This document shows positions 8,733 to 16,727 of a stretch of 45,929 bases of DNA, piece after piece. The stretch lies in assembly GCA_051269935.1 (NCBI GenBank), contig JBNMFJ010000001.1:1-45929 (forward strand). Direction: 5' to 3'. The first letter of the stretch is position 1, and each line of letters opens with the position of its first letter. The stretch comes from Patescibacteria group bacterium. Its GTDB lineage: Archaea; Nanobdellota; Nanobdellia; Pacearchaeales; GW2011-AR1. The notes under the pieces are model-generated. The model ran no database searches, had not been told where the DNA came from, and saw only the letters and a program-made list of their open reading frames with translations. Position numbers and translations under genes: made by a program.

Positions 8733-9929
8733 ATGCATGCTAATCAACATAAAATCCACTTTTATTTGAATAGAAATTTGGGGTTGTTATATACATCAAA
8801 TATAATAATAAACGCGGCGAAGGCATTCTTTAGTTTATTTATACCTATTTTCTTGTATAAGGAATTGCTATTTCCATTGTGGTTAGTTATTCTTATTTAT
8901 GGACTTCAGATTTTGTTATATGGATTAAGTATTCATTTTGGCTATAAACTAGCGATTCGTTTTGGAGTTAAAAGAGTATTTGCACTTGGTGTGTTATTCA
9001 ATGCGGTTGCTATAGTTTTTCTATTATTTGCAAAATCTAATCCACTGTATATTATACCTTTTTCTTTTTTTATTATTTTGAATTGGGCACTATATTATCC
9101 TGCTTCTGGTATTGATGAAGTAGTGTTTACTATTAAAAAAGCCCGTGCTAGGGAAGATAGTTTTATACGAGCAATAGGGCTTGGGATTAGTGCTATTATT
9201 CCATTTTTGTCAGGAGTTTTAATCTATTATTTTGGCTTTACTATTCCATTTATTATTGCCATTATATTATCTATTCTGAGTGCTATACCAATTTTATATT
9301 CAAAGGATAAGCATAATATCGGAGCGAATTATTCCCTAAAAAGTAGCCTTGCATTTTTTAGATCTTATAAGAATAAAAAAGAGTTTGTCGCGTATGTTGC
9401 AGATGGATTTAGGACGGGGAATTTGGAATTGTTTTGGCCGCTTTTGATTTTTATATTTATACCTAGTTATGTAGTACTTGGAGGAATTACCACAATTGTT
9501 ATTGCACTAAGCGTAATATTAACTATAGTGATAGGTAAGGTTATTGATAAGAATGGTCCAAATAAATATTTAAAAATTGGGACATATGGTGAATCGGTTA
9601 GTTGGGGATTAAAAGCATATCTTTGGGTGTTAACTGTAGTTACGAGTTTTCATATATTACTTATTAGTATAGTGAATAATATTACAAGTATTTTCTTTGG
9701 AATGAGTATGAATAAAATAGTTCTAGATCATGCAGATAATAAAGATACAATTGTGGAATTTCTTTTTTTACAAAAGTTTGCTCGTCAGATAGGATCTAGT
9801 ATTCCTTTTATTATTTTTGCATTCTTTGCATTTTATATGAAGGATCCTGAACAAATTATTATTATATCATTTATTCTTATGTCCATTGCAACTTTAGCTT
9901 TTCCATATGTATTGGGTAAGGATACATAA
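8733..9929 (+). CDS. multi-pass membrane protein, MFS-like transporter
   Basis: 398 aa, roughly 10-12 hydrophobic helices with a central hydrophilic loop. No diagnostic motif, so the family call is tentative. Confidence 0.5.
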   Translation: MHANQHKIHFYLNRNLGLLYTSNIIINAAKAFFSLFIPIFLYKELLFPLWLVILIYGLQILLYGLSIHFGYKLAIRFGVKRVFALGVLFNAVAIVFLLFAKSNPLYIIPFSFFIILNWALYYPASGIDEVVFTIKKARAREDSFIRAIGLGISAIIPFLSGVLIYYFGFTIPFIIAIILSILSAIPILYSKDKHNIGANYSLKSSLAFFRSYKNKKEFVAYVADGFRTGNLELFWPLLIFIFIPSYVVLGGITTIVIALSVILTIVIGKVIDKNGPNKYLKIGTYGESVSWGLKAYLWVLTVVTSFHILLISIVNNITSIFFGMSMNKIVLDHADNKDTIVEFLFLQKFARQIGSSIPFIIFAFFAFYMKDPEQIIIISFILMSIATLAFPYVLGKDT

Positions 9930-9945
9930 ATTAAGTTGTGGTTAC

Positions 9946-10112
9946 AGTATCTCCGCTGTTTATACATAAACATCGGAGCACTGGGATATTCTTTGGAAAG
10001 AAAAAATATTTTTGCGTTTTCTGCCCCACATGTCATACCAACTAGGCATAAACCAGAAAACGCCTATCTTTCATACTTAACTTAGAAGTAGCATAAACTC
10101 AGCGGAGATACT
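9946..10112 (+). mobile_element. MITE-like element copy 1 (167 bp) with 13-bp perfect terminal inverted repeats AGTATCTCCGCTG / CAGCGGAGATACT
   Basis: About 95 percent identical to 27443-27610. Flanked by GGTTAC / GGTTAT, a possible 5-6 bp target duplication. Intergenic. Confidence 0.7.
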
Positions 10113-10125
10113 CGGTTATCCGTTA

Positions 10126-10356
10126 CTATAATATATTTTTGATTGTTTGATAATATATATTTAATCTTGATATTTCGATTATTGCGGCTGTTGAATATAC
10201 TAGGTATTTTGCGGTGTATTTTGCCATTGTATATTGTATTTTATTTGTTGTATTTTGAGGTTCTATTCTTCCTTCCAAATCTATTTTTCTTGCGAACTTG
10301 ATAACTGACCCTGGTGTTGCTATTGTTTTGATGATATTTCTGGTTGAATCTTCCAT
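10126..10356 (-). CDS. hypothetical small protein (76 aa), doubtful
   Basis: ORF track only; no motif. Confidence 0.3.
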   Translation of the reverse strand: MEDSTRNIIKTIATPGSVIKFARKIDLEGRIEPQNTTNKIQYTMAKYTAKYLVYSTAAIIEISRLNIYYQTIKNIL

Positions 10357-10390
10357 ACTTCTTTATAATTAGGTGAACTAATAAAGAAGT
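10357..10390. promoter_or_regulatory. perfect 10-bp-stem hairpin ACTTCTTTAT-N14-ATAAAGAAGT upstream of the Ubl/E1/JAB operon
   Basis: Read directly. Followed by TGCC, resembling the GAAAGTTGGC end of the hairpin-core inserts. Confidence 0.4.
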
Positions 10391-10457
10391 TGCCTATTAT
10401 TGAAACTGTTTCATTTATGAGGACCTGATTAAAGTATCTTATTTTTATCAATTTAAT

Positions 10458-10712
10458 ATGGGAATAGTAAAAAAACTAACAACTGGATTTGTTGTGTATA
10501 CTGCGGCGGTGTTCGGAGCGGGATATGCTCTGCGTGGTTGCTCTTCGATTGATATTAACTCTAGGATTGATTCATTGCAGGAGAATTATATCCATGATGA
10601 TTATACTGATCCATTTACTTTGAAGACAAAGGCTTTGAGAGATTATGAAGCTTCTTCAGATAGGTTACGAGATAATTATGAAAAGTTTAAGGGAGGGCCT
10701 GTAGATGAGTGA
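10458..10712 (+). CDS. small N-terminally anchored protein (84 aa), lipobox-like LRGC; first gene of the operon
   Basis: Hydrophobic N-terminus FVVYTAAVFGAGYALRGCSS followed by a charged helical tail. Overlaps the next gene by 8 nt. Confidence 0.55.
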   Translation: MGIVKKLTTGFVVYTAAVFGAGYALRGCSSIDINSRIDSLQENYIHDDYTDPFTLKTKALRDYEASSDRLRDNYEKFKGGPVDE

Positions 10713-11802
10713 TGATTTATCTTATGAAGGGTCTATTGATTTAGATAAAAGGATTTCTGATTTGGGATATGAATTAGCTCCTAAAGATACATATGATGTT
10801 GGGGCTCGGAAATCTCCTGATTCTTTTTTGGATAGTTTGAGGCGTTCTAGAAGTGGTGATGGTATTGCACGGGGGCGTTCTGCTCGAAAGTATGGGATGA
10901 ATGATATTAGTAGTATGGTTGAGGAAATTAGCTATAATAATAGGACCATTGAACATGCTGTAAGGCGTGAAGTCCTTGGTACTAAAAATGATTGGAAAAG
11001 TAAGGTTTCTTATGCGTTAACTCATTTTGGGTCTAAATCTGATATGCCTGTTGAAAATATTTTTGAGGAACAAATTGGAAGAGTTCGTTCTGTTGATGAT
11101 ATGCTTTCTTCGTATAATGCTCAGTTAGATCAGCGAATTGATAGATTGCAGAAAAGACATCAAATTTTAGTTGGAGCAGCTGTTGAGAAATATGAGAATA
11201 ACTCTGTATTAAAAACGGGATTGCAAGAGAAGAAGTCTTTGCTTGACGATTTATCTCAAAGTGTTGATGCTTTGGGTAATGATGATTTGGCTATGGCTGA
11301 GAGAATGAAGTATATGGGAATTATGAGAGAATTACGTCGAGACATTTCTCATGGTGTTCATAATGTTAATCGGAATGGAAATTACTTGACTTTGTTACGA
11401 AGAGAGATGCCTATTATTGAGAGTTTAAGTCAGGTTTCTGATGCGTATTCTTTTAGTATGAAGGAAATTAGTGATAATACTGAAATTTTGACAACTCATT
11501 TACAGAGTGTTGTTCCTTTATACTTAGATGTATTACGAAGTGAAGCAGGAGTCGGAAGGCTTCAGGGTGAGGTTCAAAAATTGTTTGGGTATACTTCTAA
11601 TTTAAGTGGGGCAGTTCAGGCGGGTAAGCAACGAATTGTTACTGGTGGTGAAGAGCATGGGCTTGTTCATTTAGAATTTGATCGAATTGAACGGGATTTG
11701 GATGGAGCACTTACTGATGTTGAGGAAGCTACTTTTGGACAGTTAGATAGATTAGAGAATCAATTGTATACTAAGCATACTGATGAAAGGAGGTTGAAAT
11801 AA
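10705..11802 (+). CDS. hypothetical helical/coiled-coil protein (365 aa), operon member
   Basis: ORF track; GGAGGG 7 nt upstream inside the preceding gene. No motif recognised. Confidence 0.65.
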   Translation: MSDDLSYEGSIDLDKRISDLGYELAPKDTYDVGARKSPDSFLDSLRRSRSGDGIARGRSARKYGMNDISSMVEEISYNNRTIEHAVRREVLGTKNDWKSKVSYALTHFGSKSDMPVENIFEEQIGRVRSVDDMLSSYNAQLDQRIDRLQKRHQILVGAAVEKYENNSVLKTGLQEKKSLLDDLSQSVDALGNDDLAMAERMKYMGIMRELRRDISHGVHNVNRNGNYLTLLRREMPIIESLSQVSDAYSFSMKEISDNTEILTTHLQSVVPLYLDVLRSEAGVGRLQGEVQKLFGYTSNLSGAVQAGKQRIVTGGEEHGLVHLEFDRIERDLDGALTDVEEATFGQLDRLENQLYTKHTDERRLK

Positions 11803-11804
11803 AC

Positions 11805-12215
11805 ATGGATTATGATAAACCAATAGTGCGATTACGAAATAATGAGAATGCTAATGGAGGTTTAATGTATAATTTATCTCAGGATCTTGTAGATGGTTCC
11901 TTGAATAATTTAATTGAGTATTCATCGTGTCAAGAAAATTTTAGAGCTCTTGAACCAACAGAGAATTCTGTTGTTAATTATATTAATTCTTCACTTTCTC
12001 GAGGAGTCCCTTATAATATTAGAGCCTTTGAATCACCAGATCGTCTTTCTCCATCTATTAATTTAAGTGATCGTTTAAGTGTAGTTACTCAAAAATATAT
12101 GAGACCCAGTTCTATTCTAAATGATGCTGGAGAAGAAATTAGATTTAATGAGTTGGATTTAGTATTTACTTCCCAAGAAGTGGGTGGATTGTATTTACCA
12201 AATTATTTGTCTTAA
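11805..12215 (+). CDS. candidate ubiquitin-like modifier precursor (136 aa) ending ...LDLVFTSQEVGG-LYLPNYLS
   Basis: Small protein immediately upstream of the E2-like, E1-like and JAB genes. Di-glycine (12183-12188) is followed by an 8-residue tail, and the preceding hydrophobic-alternating strand resembles the ubiquitin ...LHLVLRLRGG end. The fold is not verifiable by eye. Confidence 0.45.
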   Translation: MDYDKPIVRLRNNENANGGLMYNLSQDLVDGSLNNLIEYSSCQENFRALEPTENSVVNYINSSLSRGVPYNIRAFESPDRLSPSINLSDRLSVVTQKYMRPSSILNDAGEEIRFNELDLVFTSQEVGGLYLPNYLS

Positions 12216-12223
12216 TGACATAG

Positions 12224-13669
12224 GTGTTATTTCGTTTTATTATGGCAGATCTTGCGACAAAGAGTAGAGTAGATTATTCGAGGCATACAGATTCTAATCC
12301 TAGAAGTGTTAAAAACATGGATCGTGAATATAAGAGAAATATTCAGATTTTAATGGAATCTCAATCTTTGTCGCAAGACTATTCTTTTGATGAGGTAGCT
12401 TTTACTCCATCATCCTGCGCGTTTGAATCTTTATTACAGAATAGATTTTGTCTTTTTGGACCTCAACATTCTTATGTTTTGTCAAAGGGAAAAAATGAAG
12501 GAGAGAAAATTCCAGTTCTCTATCATGGGACTAGATATTATTTTCAACCATCTCATTCTTATTCTGAGATTGAATCTACCTTAATGGATTCGATGTCTTC
12601 TGATATATCTATGTATAGGGGGAAATGTGTAGATACGTTAAAGAATAAATCTTCTAGTGTTAATGATTTAGTGAATACATATTCAGATAGACTATCTGGG
12701 AAATTTAGTGATATGGAGAATGTGTGTAATTCTTTGTTGTTAATGAATTATGATCAATTTGAAAATGGTATGAATGCTGAACAAAAAAAGATTGTTGCTT
12801 CAATTGCAAAACAATCTGACTTGATTAATTCTCTTTCTTTTGAGTCACAATTTTCTTCTCCTAATATATTGGAGAAATACATCTCATCACATTTACCTAA
12901 TTCTGATGACTTATTGTTGCGTATTGATAATGATTTTTATACCATTTTTTCAGGAAATGAGGTTATTGATTTAAATTCCCTTGCATTTGAGAAAACATTT
13001 ACATATGAAGATTTGCATTCTCATTATTTAAAGGAATTTTCCCGTCTTGTTCACTCAGAGGTCGCTGATTCTTTGAATGATGTTGTTGTAAAACTAGGGG
13101 ATATGGAAAAATCATTTAGCACACTCGATTCATTATCTCGTGAAGCTACGGTAGCGAATAAAAAGTTAGGAGCCTTTGGTTATGAATTACAAAGTGAATC
13201 ATCTGCTTGTATGTTTAAGGATATTGACTCTTATATTATTAAGAAAAAAGGGGATCATTATCTTTTTCCAAAGGCAAGAATTGGAACACAAATTAGAAAA
13301 AATAATGATGGGTCTGCCGCTATCGTTGAGACGCCTCCATATGTAATAGGTCATTATCCACATTCTTTTATGAGAAAAGAATCTTCTGGTAAAAGTTATT
13401 TTTGCTTTGGCGATATAAACTTTGCAAATATTTGTTCTCAAACATATCAACCTTTAGATAGTTCTCATTTTCCTGTATTACATAATGATGCAGTTCTTTC
13501 GATTGGAACGCTAGAAAATGTTTTGAAGTTTGGGTTTCGCGCGGATTATCATCCTCATCGATATCTTAATCCACAAAATTTTGCTACCAATCATATTTCA
13601 CTATCTCGAGTGAATGAATTGTCAACTAAGGGAATTGAAATTTGTGATAATGATAGGAGGGATACATAA
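12224..13669 (+). CDS. large protein (481 aa) with candidate UBC/E2-like C-terminal domain
   Basis: C-terminal segment ETPPYVIGHYPHSFMRKESSGKSYFCFGDINF resembles the UBC core PP-x-V...HPN...G-x-x-C. Candidate catalytic Cys is TGC at 13403-13405. GTG start at 12224, alternative ATG at 12242. N-terminal ~350 aa unknown. Confidence 0.5.
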   Translation: MLFRFIMADLATKSRVDYSRHTDSNPRSVKNMDREYKRNIQILMESQSLSQDYSFDEVAFTPSSCAFESLLQNRFCLFGPQHSYVLSKGKNEGEKIPVLYHGTRYYFQPSHSYSEIESTLMDSMSSDISMYRGKCVDTLKNKSSSVNDLVNTYSDRLSGKFSDMENVCNSLLLMNYDQFENGMNAEQKKIVASIAKQSDLINSLSFESQFSSPNILEKYISSHLPNSDDLLLRIDNDFYTIFSGNEVIDLNSLAFEKTFTYEDLHSHYLKEFSRLVHSEVADSLNDVVVKLGDMEKSFSTLDSLSREATVANKKLGAFGYELQSESSACMFKDIDSYIIKKKGDHYLFPKARIGTQIRKNNDGSAAIVETPPYVIGHYPHSFMRKESSGKSYFCFGDINFANICSQTYQPLDSSHFPVLHNDAVLSIGTLENVLKFGFRADYHPHRYLNPQNFATNHISLSRVNELSTKGIEICDNDRRDT

Positions 13670-15030
13670 TGACTCATATTGAATCTCAGCATGATCGGCA
13701 AAATAGAATTACCGGTTTTGATCAGAATGCAATTTCAAATACTAAAGTGTGTATTTTGGGAAATAATCTTGCTTCTCAATTGGTTCTTGCTAGTAGTGTT
13801 GCTATGGGCTTTGGAGATATCACTCTATTGGATAATCAAAAATCAGCTAAGGGTGATATTGATATATTTTATCCTTCATGGCCGTTTGTTGGACATGATA
13901 GATCACAGACTATTGCTTATAATGCAGGCAAGATAGATGAGAATATTAGCGTAAAAGGATATTCTAGTTTGTTTAATCCACACGATATTGGTGTGATGTA
14001 TGAGAAGCCTGATGTGATTATTGACTTGACTCAAGATAAAAATTTGAAGGAAGAATCTTTAGTATATGCAAGTAGAGAGGGCATATCCTATGTTAGTGGT
14101 TTTATTAATCATTCCCAAGGGCAAGTTTCTGTATATGATTCTAAACGACAAAACTATAATGATATTTTATTGCCTAAGGGAGATTTTGATTCTATTACTG
14201 ATCCGGGTATTATTCCTTCTGGTGTTTCTTCAGGAATTATTATGGATGAGATTCGTAAAAATTTATTTAGATATAATGATTTTGATTTGCCTTTAACTGA
14301 TCCCTTTGTATATAATCTTTTATCTTCATCTCGAAGTTCCCCTGATAATGATGTAGAATTTATTAAAAGTCGATTGGATGAACGAATATTGGTAGCTGGT
14401 GCTGGGGCTATTGGTACTTATGTTGCTCTTGGATTAGCTTATTCTTGTTTTAATAATTTTGATATTCTTGATTGTGATGATGCTGAGAAAACGAATTTGA
14501 ATCGGCAAATTTTGTATTATGATTCTTTGGGTGAACATAAGGCTAAGGCGTTAAGTACAAAACTTGAAGAGTTGACTACTGTAAAACCAAAATTTCATGA
14601 TATGAGAATAGATGAGAATTCTCTTGATTTTATTAGGGATCAAGGGTATACCACTTTATTTGGATGTTTCGATAATATGAATGCACGATTCTATCTCAAT
14701 GATATTGCTAAAGAATTAGGAATTAATTATATTGATGGCGGGAGTAGTCCTCATGGTGGTAAGGTTGTTAATTATATTACTGAAACATATTCATGTGTTG
14801 GTTGTACTAAAAATTTGACATTGGAGGATAAGAGTTATGGTTGTGCGAGAGAGCCAGACGCAAGTATTATTAACTCTAATATGCTTGTAGGAAGTACTAT
14901 GGTTGGAGAACTTTATCATAATAATGGAGAATCCTCTGTTCCGTCTTTATCTTATTCTCAACAGGAAGAGCCAAGGATTAAAGTAAATTTTGAGGTATCT
15001 CCACAAGAAAATTGTGGATGTAAGATATAA
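13669..15030 (+). CDS. E1-like (ThiF/MoeB/UBA superfamily) adenylating enzyme with tandem degenerate + active Rossmann domains
   Basis: C-terminal half: ILVAGAGAIGTYVALGL (GxGxxG, 14398-14415), DILDCDDAEKTNLNRQ (NLNRQ at 14494-14508), FDNMNARFYLN, IDGGSS, CVGC ... CGC. N-terminal half has the same layout but degenerate motifs (KVCILGNNLASQ, LLDNQKSAKGD). TAATG overlap with the upstream gene. Confidence 0.85.
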   Translation: MTHIESQHDRQNRITGFDQNAISNTKVCILGNNLASQLVLASSVAMGFGDITLLDNQKSAKGDIDIFYPSWPFVGHDRSQTIAYNAGKIDENISVKGYSSLFNPHDIGVMYEKPDVIIDLTQDKNLKEESLVYASREGISYVSGFINHSQGQVSVYDSKRQNYNDILLPKGDFDSITDPGIIPSGVSSGIIMDEIRKNLFRYNDFDLPLTDPFVYNLLSSSRSSPDNDVEFIKSRLDERILVAGAGAIGTYVALGLAYSCFNNFDILDCDDAEKTNLNRQILYYDSLGEHKAKALSTKLEELTTVKPKFHDMRIDENSLDFIRDQGYTTLFGCFDNMNARFYLNDIAKELGINYIDGGSSPHGGKVVNYITETYSCVGCTKNLTLEDKSYGCAREPDASIINSNMLVGSTMVGELYHNNGESSVPSLSYSQQEEPRIKVNFEVSPQENCGCKI

Positions 15031-16727
15031 TGGGATTTTTTAATTTTTTTACGGATAAACAGGAATCAGTTTCTACTCCTAATTTTAGTTATTCTTCATC
15101 TTATTTAACTGAGGATGCGCGTAATTTTACTTTTATGGGGACTCGTCCTTATAGTTTGGAAGAGTGTTTACGTCAAAGAGAGACTGTTTTTCCTGATCAT
15201 GTAGTGAGAAAAATTGCTGCTGAGTTTTCTATGACTGATAGAATGCTTTATTTTGAGGGAAAAAATCATGTAATAGATTCTAAAAAATCTCGACATGCAG
15301 TTGTTACTTCAGGAATTAATTCGATATTGGATTCAGATGATAGATACCAGGAATCTGAACGAGAAGCTGATCGTGTCTATAAGTCTAGGATTACATCTTT
15401 ATTACATTCTAGCCATAAGGCTGGTGTTGAAGACTATATATCTAAAAATGTAGAAGCGGTACCTCAGTTACATTCCATTAAGATCACTCAAGAAGCAATG
15501 GATAAGGCGAATTTGATTGCCAAGAGGATGGTTAATGCATCGAAGACTCCTGATGAAATTTATTTTCATATGCTTAGTGGAAAAGATGATACCGATTTTG
15601 TGATTAGAGATATTTATATTCCTCGTCAGGCTGTAACACCATCATTGTGTTCTACTGACCATCAATATTATGGTATGGATGATTTTGAAATAGAGAAGTC
15701 AGGTTATAAAAATATTGCATGGGGACATTCTCATGGACATCATGATGTCTTTTTTTCAGGAACTGATCATACTAATATTAATGCTAATAATGATTTGTAT
15801 CCATCATTTACATTACCTTTTGATTCGTATTCGGGTAAAAATATTAATGTTCATGCTATGCCTTGTTTGGTTTTTAATGCTCTGAATGCCTCTCCTGCTA
15901 AAAGAATTGGAGTTGCCTATACATCTTTATTTGGAGATCTATTTGAACGATATGATAATAAAACTCCCAATCTTGATATTATTTCTGAGTCTAATGGTAT
16001 TGATATGACTATTGATTCTATAGATAAAATGATTTATAATAGAGTTACTACACCTCGTGGTTTTAAGAATAGTTTTGAGGAAAATATGTTTGAGAAGTAT
16101 GGCGAGATAATCCGAGGAGATTCTGGTGCTTATTCTGAAAAAGTTCGAATACAAAGGGAAAATGATGTAGAATACAAGGCCAATCTTTCTCGATTGTTTG
16201 GACAGAAAGTTGTGAATCGTGTAGTACCTCTATCTGAATCGGAAACTCCTGCAGAAGATATAACTCCTGCTCCAACTCAGAATGAATTTGGTGTTGATAC
16301 TTTTTTCTCTTCTAATTATATAGTCAATAATTCTGGGTATCGACATTCAGTAGATTCTAACGGGAATATTGATCTTTCTGATGTTGATATGGGATCTGAT
16401 AAGGTTCAAGTGCGTGGATATTCATATGATAATTTAGAAACCTTTTCGGTTGATACGAATAATGATCCTTATATGCAAAATCGATTTATGGGTTATGATG
16501 CTCCGTTTATTCATGATATAGATTTTGAAAATATGGCTACTGAGGGGACTTCTGAAACAAATGCTATTGATGATTACTTTGTCTCGCGTTCTGAATATAA
16601 TGCTTTACAGGATAGGCATGATGTATTGCGGGAAGAGGTTGATGGGTTAGGTGATCGATTGGGCTCTTTGAAAAAGAGTGTGAAATATCTTGGAGGGTTG
16701 TATAATAAATGGAGAGACAAAGATTAG
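15030..16727 (+). CDS. JAB/MPN+ (JAMM) metallopeptidase domain protein with long N- and C-terminal extensions (565 aa)
   Basis: Exact JAMM signature AWGHSHGHHDVFFSGTD, i.e. H-S-H-x7-S-x-x-D (15726-15767), with an upstream Glu candidate in PDEIYFHML. TAATG overlap with the E1 gene. Confidence 0.85.
   Translation: MGFFNFFTDKQESVSTPNFSYSSSYLTEDARNFTFMGTRPYSLEECLRQRETVFPDHVVRKIAAEFSMTDRMLYFEGKNHVIDSKKSRHAVVTSGINSILDSDDRYQESEREADRVYKSRITSLLHSSHKAGVEDYISKNVEAVPQLHSIKITQEAMDKANLIAKRMVNASKTPDEIYFHMLSGKDDTDFVIRDIYIPRQAVTPSLCSTDHQYYGMDDFEIEKSGYKNIAWGHSHGHHDVFFSGTDHTNINANNDLYPSFTLPFDSYSGKNINVHAMPCLVFNALNASPAKRIGVAYTSLFGDLFERYDNKTPNLDIISESNGIDMTIDSIDKMIYNRVTTPRGFKNSFEENMFEKYGEIIRGDSGAYSEKVRIQRENDVEYKANLSRLFGQKVVNRVVPLSESETPAEDITPAPTQNEFGVDTFFSSNYIVNNSGYRHSVDSNGNIDLSDVDMGSDKVQVRGYSYDNLETFSVDTNNDPYMQNRFMGYDAPFIHDIDFENMATEGTSETNAIDDYFVSRSEYNALQDRHDVLREEVDGLGDRLGSLKKSVKYLGGLYNKWRDKD

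Noticed and set aside
9833-10036. 67-aa ORF on the - strand
   Set aside because: It overlaps the MFS-like gene end and runs into the MITE-like element, and the same sequence recurs non-coding at 27443-27610.
10692-10697. C-proximal Gly-Gly in the 84-aa first operon protein (...KFKGGPVDE) as a second Ubl-like processing site
   Set aside because: The GGA GGG codons are the Shine-Dalgarno sequence 7 nt upstream of the next gene's ATG (10705). The protein looks helical and membrane-anchored, not beta-grasp.
16692-16697. GGLY near the JAB protein C-terminus matching the GGLY of the candidate Ubl, suggesting autoprocessing
   Set aside because: These GGA GGG codons coincide with the ribosome binding site of the overlapping gene starting at 16709, so the match is most simply a translational-coupling by-product.
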